Shown: positions 18,638 to 27,534, counted from the first letter of the stretch. The stretch: DNA of 64,000 nt from an uncultured Gammaproteobacteria bacterium (GCA_964485575.1 CAZAJO010000005.1:1389-65388); one strand, 5' to 3'. Notes: generated from the sequence alone by a model not told the origin. Made by a program: numbers and translations.

Positions 18638-19096
18638 TTAGCAGGAAATTTCGAGGGCTTGCACTCCATTAAATTCCTCATAACCCTCAGTGAGCCTTTT
18701 ATTATTTGCTTCTTTAACAAAGTTAAGTAAAATTCCAGTACCCCAAACTTCTTCATTTTCTCTAACTTGTTTCCTCAACTCTTGTATATATCTTTTTACC
18801 TGAACTGGAAATTCCTCCTTGATACCTGGCTCCGCCTTTAACTCTACGATAACAGCAGTTTTACGTCCATCATTTTTAAGCCAAACTACAAGATCTGGCC
18901 TAACGTCCCCAATGATATGTCCACTGTACGTTATTGGTAATGGCCTTTCGGTCTCATACATAATTCCTTTATCTCGAAGGGCTGTTTCCATGGCGTTGTG
19001 ATAAATCCCTTCAAGCCACCCCGGACCAAGCTCGGTCATGATTGACGAAGCGCACTCTTTTAAAGTAGCTATTAATTGTCCAACTTGCTCTTCCAT
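18638..19096 (-). CDS. GxxExxY protein (PD-(D/E)XK nuclease superfamily)
   Basis: Contains GWLEGIY, which fits the family-defining GxxExxY signature, at the usual N-terminal position; 152 aa. Confidence 0.7.
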   Translation of the reverse strand: MEEQVGQLIATLKECASSIMTELGPGWLEGIYHNAMETALRDKGIMYETERPLPITYSGHIIGDVRPDLVVWLKNDGRKTAVIVELKAEPGIKEEFPVQVKRYIQELRKQVRENEEVWGTGILLNFVKEANNKRLTEGYEEFNGVQALEISC

Positions 19097-19133
19097 AATT
19101 ATATTGTAACTCTATAACATCTTCTCCTCAATA

Positions 19134-20060
19134 TTATTTATCAGGGGCTGCATCATATGATTCCTTAACAATTGGAAAAACATAATTCAAATCTTTAGGG
19201 TTACTTATCTCAACCCACCACAAAGGAGTTTTACCCCAAGCATATGATGCTGGGATTTTTGTAAATCTTTTTTCCTTGTCATTTATTACTTCTTTTCTAA
19301 CAGTGATTCTAAGCTTTTCTTTAAAAAAATGGATAGCAACAAAGTTGTACCAGCTTACTTTGTAGCCGATGTAATTTCCTACCGGCTTTTCCTGAATTTT
19401 ACTATCTAAACCAAAAATTTGTTCACGCAGTTCCTGGAATAAGTCCTGAATATTTTTAGATGACTTTTTTAAATGGTCCTCAACAGTATAGGTTACGATT
19501 TCCTTTGCTGCAGTTCCTGTAAGACTACTCGATGATTTTTTCTCAAGCTTTTTATCACCACCTATTGGATTTATTTGGTCGTACTCAATAAGTCCTCCCT
19601 CGTATATGCCCACTTCCCACAACTCGAAAGGCAAATTAGGTGAGAGTGCTCTTTTTTGATAGGTACTAAATTTGGGACCGATGAACATTACTCGTGTCTG
19701 TCCCCAGTCGACATTTTTCTTGTCTATTGTCTTCCCAGTTTTTGTAATATATTCAAGCAAAACATCGGCCTTATGATCCAATACTAAATTAAGATAAGTC
19801 TGTCCTTGGTCCATCAACGAGAAATTTTCAACCTTCTTGTATTCGATAATTACAAAAGAATTGATAGCGGTATCAAAAGCAAGAGAATCGAGCCAAAAGG
19901 ACTCTATATTAAATTCTGTTGCTATAAATTCTAGACCGAAAAGTTCTTGTAAATTGTACTCAGTAAAATTCTGAAGTTCTTTTTCTTTTTTGAAATGAGA
20001 ATCAAACCCAACTTCTCGGACAGGTGTTAACTTTTTCCCATTTATTTTAAATAAAGCCAT
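19134..20060 (-). CDS. PD-(D/E)XK restriction-endonuclease-fold protein with C-terminal DUF4268-like domain
   Basis: N-terminal D...IIEYKK matches the D-(D/E)xK core motif; 308 aa. The family assignment of the C-terminal half is from memory. Confidence 0.5.
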   Translation of the reverse strand: MALFKINGKKLTPVREVGFDSHFKKEKELQNFTEYNLQELFGLEFIATEFNIESFWLDSLAFDTAINSFVIIEYKKVENFSLMDQGQTYLNLVLDHKADVLLEYITKTGKTIDKKNVDWGQTRVMFIGPKFSTYQKRALSPNLPFELWEVGIYEGGLIEYDQINPIGGDKKLEKKSSSSLTGTAAKEIVTYTVEDHLKKSSKNIQDLFQELREQIFGLDSKIQEKPVGNYIGYKVSWYNFVAIHFFKEKLRITVRKEVINDKEKRFTKIPASYAWGKTPLWWVEISNPKDLNYVFPIVKESYDAAPDK

Positions 20061-20369
20061 TTGAGGTGAATTATATTTGAGTGTAAGCTCAAATACAAGC
20101 TATATGCTTATACGCTCAGTTCAAAACAAAAGCAATTGAGGCCAAACTATAAGTCAAATAAAATATCACTAAACTCAATAGCCTAGGGTATATATGCTTA
20201 TAGGATATTAGCTAGATAGAAGAATACAAAGCCATTTGATCTTCGTTGGCTTTTTTTACAATTTCTTTCAACATTTTCTTTTTCTCGTCGGCCTTTGACA
20301 AGACAAAAAATCTAGAAAAATCTGTAGTAGGAATAAACGATTTTTTCTTTAAAAAGCTAAATACCATAG

Positions 20370-21065
20370 TTAATCTAACAATTTTTCGAGTTCAATTGTA
20401 GTATACATCCTCTTGATATAATAATCAACCTTATCCTTATTAAGTTCTAGGGCATCGAGATTTTGTTGAAAATTTTTTACTACAATGTTAAGTTTAATCT
20501 TATTTCCATAGAGTTTCTTTGCATTATTAACATTATCTATTGATTTAATATAGGCCTTTATAAAAACTTTTTTAGGAACGTTTCTGAACTCTTTCAATTC
20601 CCTTTTCTTTGTATAAGCCCAAGAAAGTAATGGATCCTGATATAGAAAATAAATTTCTACGTTCCTATTATGCTTGAGGGAATGATCAATATTCCCCAAT
20701 GCATCATTATATGCAAAAGTTCCATCAAGGATTATATTCAATCCCATTTTACATGCATAGTCATAAAGAATATTTACTCCTTTAGTTGCCGCCTTTTGGA
20801 AAATATATGCTTTTTTTCCTTTATAACCACTTACGAATTTTCTTATTTCATCAGCGTCAATAATTACAGGCTTTTCCTTAAATGATTCAGCAAGTCTTCG
20901 AGAAAACTCAGTTTTTCCTGCTCCTGGTGAGCCGGCCATGAAAATTGTAGTAGGATAACTATCTGTTGGGGTATTCTCTGGAACAAATTTTTTAATTAGA
21001 TCTTTTCTGTGATCTTTTATCCACAAGTGGGCATCTTCACTTTCTTTTAATTCGTGTTCTTCCAT
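20370..21065 (-). CDS. Zeta-toxin family P-loop kinase (PezT/zeta-like)
   Basis: Walker A MAGSPGAGKT near the N-terminus, at zeta-toxin-like length (231 aa) and with similar downstream motif spacing. Confidence 0.6.
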   Translation of the reverse strand: MEEHELKESEDAHLWIKDHRKDLIKKFVPENTPTDSYPTTIFMAGSPGAGKTEFSRRLAESFKEKPVIIDADEIRKFVSGYKGKKAYIFQKAATKGVNILYDYACKMGLNIILDGTFAYNDALGNIDHSLKHNRNVEIYFLYQDPLLSWAYTKKRELKEFRNVPKKVFIKAYIKSIDNVNNAKKLYGNKIKLNIVVKNFQQNLDALELNKDKVDYYIKRMYTTIELEKLLD

Positions 21066-21131
21066 AGCTTCATTTTACAAAGATAGTTAGCAAATTGCTA
21101 TTTAACATAAATTCTATTACGTCGTTAATAC

Positions 21132-22106
21132 TTAACTTACTACATCAATAAAATGTATTTGTTTATTTTTTCCCCAGTCCATAATTTTTACATACCTACC
21201 ATTGTGTTTTGTTGGGTGATTTAATTTACAACCCTCACATTCATATTTTTCAACTTTATCTGGGGTTTCCCAAAAAAGAGTTTTTTCACCTATTGTAACC
21301 TTTGTTTCGTGATGACAGCTCATGGGTATGACATATTTAAGGCCGTCCATCTGAAATATATTCCAGCTTATAATTTCAGCAAATTCTTCCAGCACATAAA
21401 GAGGTGGTCGTCTATTAAATTTAGCTTTATAGTGATCAATGAGTGTATAAAGTAGATTTTCGCGAGCAATTAAAATATTGTCACCTTGCCATTCGTAACC
21501 ATAGGAACTCTGATATGCAACTTTTGCCCACTTAATCCATTCTTTTGGCTTTTTACAGTATTTAGAAACGTAATGAAGCTTCTTGTCGAGAAAACCAACC
21601 CGGTTCTCAATCTTTATAACTGCTCCATGAGCAATTGGATTGTACCGACTTACTATAAAAGGCGCCTCACCACAAGCAATTTCAAGTTTTATTTCAGCAA
21701 CATAACTTTGCCAATTGGTTTCAGTTACTGAATTCTCATCAACCAATTTATTCATTTGGTCAATAATATGAAGTGGAGTGAACACTTCTCCCTTTTCTCT
21801 TGTACGAAAGCGCTGCTCTTCGCGGCTTTTAACAGCACGAGGCTGAATCAGCTTGCCATTAAGTCCAGTCACCAATTCAGGTTTTATCTGATTTTTTTTT
21901 GAAAACTCTTTACCGTATTTTTCGTAAGAATCAGTTGCCCAGATAATGTTCTTTTTTGTGGTCCTATCAATAAGAAGAATATCTAGAAGCTTGCCTTTCC
22001 GTCGAAGCGTGTTTTCAAGGATGTCAGCATTTTTTTCCGGTGCCATGTTATTCCACGGCTTTGACATGTGTTTCGATGAATTGAATTTCTTTCTCATCAA
22101 GTCCAT
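21132..22106 (-). CDS. Methyltransferase-like protein (gamma-class N6-MTase motifs X and I only, no NPPY) with C-terminal Cys/His Zn-ribbon-like cluster
   Basis: Contains GEVFTPLHIIDQM (motif X) and LEIACGEAPFIV (motif I), then a C-terminal CHH...CEGC cluster. It lacks (D/N)PP(Y/F/W). The true start is probably the ATG at 22046 (MAPEK), 1 nt after the stop of the upstream giant gene. Confidence 0.5.
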   Translation of the reverse strand: MDLMRKKFNSSKHMSKPWNNMAPEKNADILENTLRRKGKLLDILLIDRTTKKNIIWATDSYEKYGKEFSKKNQIKPELVTGLNGKLIQPRAVKSREEQRFRTREKGEVFTPLHIIDQMNKLVDENSVTETNWQSYVAEIKLEIACGEAPFIVSRYNPIAHGAVIKIENRVGFLDKKLHYVSKYCKKPKEWIKWAKVAYQSSYGYEWQGDNILIARENLLYTLIDHYKAKFNRRPPLYVLEEFAEIISWNIFQMDGLKYVIPMSCHHETKVTIGEKTLFWETPDKVEKYECEGCKLNHPTKHNGRYVKIMDWGKNKQIHFIDVVS

Positions 22107-25100
22107 ACTTTTTATAAAGCTGTCTGTCTATATCTGCGATGGATTTGGTCCAATCGATATCTGAATCAGATGTAAAGTCTTGGATAGGTATATATATCCA
22201 TTTTGATGGTGGGTTATCTTGCGTAATCTTTAGCACACCTAACAAGCACCTTAATAATTTTGTTTTGATATATTTTGCAGCATTAATTGCCTCAATTTCT
22301 TTATCAAAAGCCCCAATACTTATGAATGTCGGTGTAGCTGAATCTGATGGTCCACCAACTACCGGTTTACTCAAAATTTCACCAAAGGAACCACTACCGT
22401 TTGCCTTGGGAATAAAAATCTTCCATTTGCCTAGATTATTTTTTTGAGGATAGCGCGGAACCATAAATTTTTTCTCTATCCATCGCCATACTCTTTCTCC
22501 CCGATATAAGCCTAAAATTCTATAGTAATCACTTGAGTTGCTAGGATTTTGCTTCTTGAAAACATCAGTTAAGGATTCAAAAGTTGATGACTTCAATTCG
22601 TATTCTTCATTTGGTCCAAGCTCTGTGACCTCCGGGTGCTTTGCTTGAATATTCAAAAGTCGATCTTTTTTGGAATTTGGATATTCTTTTAGAAATTCTT
22701 CGTTAAATTTCAGGTCTGATCTTCCCCCAAGCATGATTGATGAAAGATTATTTTCACTGCCAGGATTGACCTTTGAAATTATTATTCTTAAATTTGCGTC
22801 TGGAATAAATTTCTTGATAGCACCAAAATTCTTGTTTTCGTCATAATAAATAATAGCTACTCCTCCTTTTATATCAGTGTTCGGAAACACTTCTTTTGAA
22901 TTTGGGTTGTAATACTGAACTTTTAAATGAGCATTATTCAGCATCTTTAAATTCCATAGCTCAGGCGTTAATCCTGCATTAAAAAGGAAGCGAGCAGGAG
23001 AAATTATGCAGTATTTTTTACTAATTCTCTCCGCTAAATCATAAAAATATTGGTAAATAGGTTCTTGTCGATTGTATCCATCGGAAGATACCTGATATGG
23101 GGGGTTCCCAACAACAACGTCAAATTTCATATTTTTGTCTTCATTAAATTTAACTAATAATTCTTCTTCTGTATTCGTTATTCCTTGCCTTAATTTCTTT
23201 ACTAGATCTTCTATATATACAACATTCATCCTCGCACCACCATATCCAGCTAGCGTACGACGGGTTATCATTTGAGCCATTGGACTTTTACAGAGCACGA
23301 AAATATTGTCTGATAGAACTTTATTCCAAAGTTGTCTAGATATTTTGTCCTCAGGATTTTTGGCCTTTCTTAACTGCCTTGAATATATGTTATAGGTCGC
23401 AAGTAAGGGATAGAGCCCTGATTTTGAATTTATCTCAAGTATTTTAGTGTCGTCTTGTGACCAAATCTCTGTAGCCTCACCTTGAATTTTCCATTCTGGC
23501 TTTCCTGATTGATCAATAATTCCACCACGGAAGTCATGACCACCCAAAGTCATAACCATTTGCATATTTACAACATTCCATGGAGTGAGTACTGTCTCCT
23601 TATCTGGATTCTTGAAAGTTGCGAATATCTCAGCTATCGCCTGTATTCGTTCAGTTGGCAAAAGATCATCGCAGTCATAAGTTTTTGCTCGAATGCTGCG
23701 GGTAACACCACGAAATACTTCTTCATCATAATATTTAATGAAGCTTCGGAACAAATCTTTACTTAGTCCTGCCGGCATAAATTCTTTCCATGATTCTTCA
23801 TCAACAAGATCAATAAAATCTTGCAGGGTAATATCTTTATGAAGAGAAACATTAGCTCCATAGACCATCATTGGCATACGTATACTAACGGCTCGCAAGA
23901 TACTAATGGCACTCCTTTTTTGCTCTCGTGCTTCCTTGAGTTTTCTTAGCGCTTCTTTCTCTTCTTCTGATAGTTCTCTTTTTTGTTTCTTTCGTTCTTC
24001 TTCCTCGGCTTTTTGTATTTCAAGATCTGTCATTCCAAGACTATTAACCTCAATCTCGTTAATACGTTCATTTGTACTTGAACCAATAATGGCTTTCAAT
24101 TTATTAAAATTATTGATCGCTAATTCATCCAATTTAAGTAGCTCATCATTGTACAGTTTGGGGTCATCAAACCCATTGCGACTTACACGATCAATAATCG
24201 CCTTCTTAAGCTGATTAAGCATCGAGCCTACATCGTAAGGCTTCATAGATCCTCCTTCTGCTGCAAGAATAGGACAGAAATTAAGAAATTGGCTCATTGC
24301 GTCTTTTTGCTCAGGTGTATTTGTCTTGCCTGATTTATGATTTAGCTCTATAGCTTCGGCAATTAGCTTAAGAGTGCGGTCAGGAGCAAAATCGAACACA
24401 TACCCTTGGGTCTTAAGCTTTCCGTCAATTTTTGCTGGTGTTTGACATCGAAATGCAGTCTGTAAGTAAGCAGTAGCAGAGCTTGTATCTGACATCATAA
24501 AGACTGCTGTCCATTCCGGAATCGATGCACCTGTGGTCAGACGCTGACCCGTAAGTGTAATTGTGTACTCATTGGCCTTTATAGCATTTGTCACTCGCTC
24601 TTTTGCATCCTTATCTTCCTCGTCAACATGATTATTTCCTGAAATGTTTACTATTCCGAACTGACCAAAAATTGGGTGTTCTTTGAGCAACTTCTCCATA
24701 GCTTCAATAACTTTAACTCGATTAGGCAATAGCCACAAAGAGTGCTTATTGTAGTTACGGTATTCTTCTGTTGCATATGGAAACTTTGTTTGGAGTGTAT
24801 TGTCCACTAGTAAATCCAAGAATTTATTAACCATCTCTTCATGAACAAACTCTGCAACATCATTACCTTCATCGTCTTTATGTACTCGAAAAAATTCATG
24901 GAATTTGAAAGCACCATCTAGTGCATCTTTAAATTCAGTACCAAGACTTCCGATGTGACTTGCATATTTATCAATATCATAAGTAAACATGCTAAGAGCC
25001 GGTAATTCAGCATAGGGATTTGGCTTACCAGGATGATGCACGTCCCAGAAGAACTTCTCTTCCTGCTCCATCACATAATCCCAAGTATAAATATCTCTTT

Positions 25101-26073
25101 CTTCGTGCTTATGTAAAATATTAAATGGTGTACCTGAAAGTTGAAGAGTGAAGTTTCTTGGAATTTTTTCAAAAGTAGCTTCTCCTAGGATGCTTTGAGT
25201 ACCTTCATGAGCCTCATCTACGATAAGCATATCCCAAGTTGCATCGAAGACTTCATCGTTTTTATCAAATCCTCGCGCACCTGAATGAGCTGCTTCATCT
25301 ACAACAACTCTTTTGGAAAGACGTAAATCTTGTAATGAAGCAAAATAAATAAAAGGCTTATCACCTTTAACAAGTGTGCTAATATTTTCACCCTTAGTTC
25401 TGGATGAATATTCGTAATTTGTGCCTTCAAATACTTTATTAAAGTCGTCATACCAGTCTACACTTACGCTCGGACGATGCGTAACGATGAGCACCTTTTT
25501 CATCTCATTATCTTTGGCTACCTGCATAGCAGCTGATGTTTTACCAAAGCGCATTTTGGCATTCCAGAGAAAATGTTTACGATTTTGCTTGATTGCCTTG
25601 GTGGTTTTTTCTATAGCATCAAGTTGATTAGGTCTGAAGACAAATTCTCCATGCTTTTCATTTATTCTTTCTTCGGTATTAAGAGAAATCCGGCCTTCTC
25701 TAGCAGCGTTTATTGCATTTTTTGCTACATCAAGACTGATTTCAAACCATTCAGAATGATAATTTTTTGTATTTTCTGATTTTCGCTGGAAACCTGAACG
25801 CATCAATATTCGATGCACGGGTTTATCAACATCTTCAGGCTTATTGCCTGGAGTGGTTAAGATTTCAGCCAATAGTAATTTGTATGCCACGTCAGCTGTC
25901 TTTGTCTGTTGCTCGATGCGTTTTCTTGCAGCTTTTTCTATGGCTTCTTTTGAATTTATTGTTGTCGTTGCAGCACCAATCTTGAGCCGTCCCTTGTGAC
26001 TTCCGTCCCCAATGGTATAAACGTAAATGACTCCGTAGGAGAAAGTCTCATGAATTACATGTTGATTATCCAT
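22048..26073 (-). CDS. T5orf172 (GIY-YIG-like) - SF2 helicase - N6-adenine DNA methyltransferase - C-terminal target-recognition-like fusion protein; Type ISP-like single-chain restriction-modification candidate
   Basis: The N-terminus has YVYTIGD...GRLKIGAATT...HSEWFEI, a T5orf172/MUG113 signature. The helicase part has motif I RFGKTSAA, motif II LIVDEAH and motif III LSGTP. The MTase part has motif X VLTPWNVVNMQMV, motif I ILEINSKSGLY and motif IV VVVGNPPYQ. A roughly 340-aa C-terminal region would act as the target recognition domain. Confidence 0.7.
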   Translation of the reverse strand: MDNQHVIHETFSYGVIYVYTIGDGSHKGRLKIGAATTTINSKEAIEKAARKRIEQQTKTADVAYKLLLAEILTTPGNKPEDVDKPVHRILMRSGFQRKSENTKNYHSEWFEISLDVAKNAINAAREGRISLNTEERINEKHGEFVFRPNQLDAIEKTTKAIKQNRKHFLWNAKMRFGKTSAAMQVAKDNEMKKVLIVTHRPSVSVDWYDDFNKVFEGTNYEYSSRTKGENISTLVKGDKPFIYFASLQDLRLSKRVVVDEAAHSGARGFDKNDEVFDATWDMLIVDEAHEGTQSILGEATFEKIPRNFTLQLSGTPFNILHKHEERDIYTWDYVMEQEEKFFWDVHHPGKPNPYAELPALSMFTYDIDKYASHIGSLGTEFKDALDGAFKFHEFFRVHKDDEGNDVAEFVHEEMVNKFLDLLVDNTLQTKFPYATEEYRNYNKHSLWLLPNRVKVIEAMEKLLKEHPIFGQFGIVNISGNNHVDEEDKDAKERVTNAIKANEYTITLTGQRLTTGASIPEWTAVFMMSDTSSATAYLQTAFRCQTPAKIDGKLKTQGYVFDFAPDRTLKLIAEAIELNHKSGKTNTPEQKDAMSQFLNFCPILAAEGGSMKPYDVGSMLNQLKKAIIDRVSRNGFDDPKLYNDELLKLDELAINNFNKLKAIIGSSTNERINEIEVNSLGMTDLEIQKAEEEERKKQKRELSEEEKEALRKLKEAREQKRSAISILRAVSIRMPMMVYGANVSLHKDITLQDFIDLVDEESWKEFMPAGLSKDLFRSFIKYYDEEVFRGVTRSIRAKTYDCDDLLPTERIQAIAEIFATFKNPDKETVLTPWNVVNMQMVMTLGGHDFRGGIIDQSGKPEWKIQGEATEIWSQDDTKILEINSKSGLYPLLATYNIYSRQLRKAKNPEDKISRQLWNKVLSDNIFVLCKSPMAQMITRRTLAGYGGARMNVVYIEDLVKKLRQGITNTEEELLVKFNEDKNMKFDVVVGNPPYQVSSDGYNRQEPIYQYFYDLAERISKKYCIISPARFLFNAGLTPELWNLKMLNNAHLKVQYYNPNSKEVFPNTDIKGGVAIIYYDENKNFGAIKKFIPDANLRIIISKVNPGSENNLSSIMLGGRSDLKFNEEFLKEYPNSKKDRLLNIQAKHPEVTELGPNEEYELKSSTFESLTDVFKKQNPSNSSDYYRILGLYRGERVWRWIEKKFMVPRYPQKNNLGKWKIFIPKANGSGSFGEILSKPVVGGPSDSATPTFISIGAFDKEIEAINAAKYIKTKLLRCLLGVLKITQDNPPSKWIYIPIQDFTSDSDIDWTKSIADIDRQLYKKYGLDEKEIQFIETHVKAVE

Positions 26074-26092
26074 AAAATAACTTCTTGAGGGT

Positions 26093-26098
26093 ATTCTA
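26093..26098 (-). promoter_or_regulatory. Extended -10 element (TGgTAGAAT) upstream of the giant RM-like gene
   Basis: On the minus strand, TGGTAGAAT lies 20 nt upstream of the ATG at 26073, with an A-tract further upstream. The same TGGTA(C/G)AAT architecture recurs at 26722-26730 and 27412-27420. Confidence 0.4.
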
Positions 26099-26179
26099 CC
26101 ACTCTTGAGGCTGAAATGCTATTTTTTGAGGATTCTCGATTCTTCTATAATTATAACTCTATTAACAAATGCTGCACTT

Positions 26180-26434
26180 CTATGTGTGACATAAAAATCC
26201 CAAAGACCACCAATAACAATGACCAGAAAAAATATCAACAAACCACTTAACTATATATATCCAATAATTAATGGTCCAAAGAACAATGGATAGTACCACA
26301 ATTATCCCTATGATGTTTCTTCCAAGATTCTGCATTTTTTGGGAAGATTTTATTTCGGTACTTTTTTCTAATTCATCTTTAATTACTTTGGGTAAATCTG
26401 GATAAGTCATAAAAGTTTTTATATGAGAATTCAA
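26180..26434 (-). CDS. Small hypothetical membrane protein
   Basis: 84 aa with one TM helix; coding status uncertain. Confidence 0.3.
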   Translation of the reverse strand: MNSHIKTFMTYPDLPKVIKDELEKSTEIKSSQKMQNLGRNIIGIIVVLSIVLWTINYWIYIVKWFVDIFSGHCYWWSLGFLCHT

Positions 26435-26670
26435 ATATCATTTTTTTGTTCAAACATTTTTAAGAGCAGGGGTTCTGAAATGGCTACCGTTACTGCTCCT
26501 CCAAAAAAACTCCCTGTAATTTCCTTAATGATTAATCCGATAATTAAGGCTACTATAGTAGCAATTATTATGCCAAATTTTTTATACTTCTGTTTTGATG
26601 TTGATTGGGAATCGTTTTTTCTCCTTCTTTTTCGAAGCAGATAAAAAATGAAAGTAACAGGAAGAAGCAT
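26431..26670 (-). CDS. Small hypothetical membrane protein
   Basis: 79 aa with a basic N-terminus and one TM helix. Confidence 0.3.
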   Translation of the reverse strand: MLLPVTFIFYLLRKRRRKNDSQSTSKQKYKKFGIIIATIVALIIGLIIKEITGSFFGGAVTVAISEPLLLKMFEQKNDI

Positions 26671-26796
26671 AATAATTAGAAAGAAAATCGAAGTAAAAAT
26701 ATCAAATAAAAATTTTATGTCTATACCAAAATTGTACCACTAGACAAGTGCGAAGCAAGGAGAGGTTTTCTGAGGCTGGATTGCTAATAATTTTAC

Positions 26797-27411
26797 CTAA
26801 TCGACTTTGAGGTATTTGTCATCCGAAAGGCCTGCGCTTCGGCGGAGCTCGTATAGTCTTCCAAATTGAAAAAGGATTTCATTCTTTTTCTGATGGTAAC
26901 TTGCTATAGCATCTGATAACACCTCGGGGTTATTTTGCCAAATAGACGAATCTGTCACAATATCCATATCTTGTTGTTGAAGATAAAAAAGACGAGAAAT
27001 ATCTTGATACCCATCTATTACCTGCCTGTATTCCAATTCTCTTTTAGTGTCGGTAGGAGCCTGCGTGCTATTTGCCGAAGTTGCAGATCCGGCTATTACT
27101 CCAAAAAGAAATATTCCAAAAATTGCAGAAGCGCCCCAAATTACTCTAGGAATTGCTGACAATATGCGTATGGGATATTTTTTTAATCCCAGTACTCGAA
27201 TTCCAATTGAAGTGTGAGAGAACCATCTATATATTGCCTTACGCTTAAAAAATATTACTGTACCTCCAACAAAATAAAGAAAGAGAAAGAAGTTGGAAGG
27301 ATTCTGGTATATAAATACATAAAAAAGAAGAACAGAAAGACCCAAAATTGAATAAGCTAGTAACCGTATCCTGTCGTGAAAGTAACTCTTTTTTCTGCCT
27401 GCCATACTCAA
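26797..27411 (-). CDS. Hypothetical polytopic membrane protein
   Basis: 204 aa with 3-4 TM helices. The likely ATG start at 27405 is 6 nt after a TGGTACAAT -10 element, so the mRNA may be leaderless. Confidence 0.4.
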   Translation of the reverse strand: MSMAGRKKSYFHDRIRLLAYSILGLSVLLFYVFIYQNPSNFFLFLYFVGGTVIFFKRKAIYRWFSHTSIGIRVLGLKKYPIRILSAIPRVIWGASAIFGIFLFGVIAGSATSANSTQAPTDTKRELEYRQVIDGYQDISRLFYLQQQDMDIVTDSSIWQNNPEVLSDAIASYHQKKNEILFQFGRLYELRRSAGLSDDKYLKVD

Positions 27412-27534
27412 ATTGTACCACCTGACACTAGCATAACAAGGAGAATTTTTTTGAGGGTGGGATGGTTTTGTTGTTAAATTTTTTAAATAAGACTAAACTT
27501 ATTATGTGCTTATTCACGGGAAGGGGGTGAATAT

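Noticed and set aside
26180-26670. Whether the two small TM ORFs upstream of the giant RM-like gene are regulators or antitoxin-like partners of the defence island
   Set aside because: There are no recognisable HTH or antitoxin motifs, their coding status is uncertain, and the giant gene has its own promoter between them. I kept them only as low-confidence hypothetical genes.
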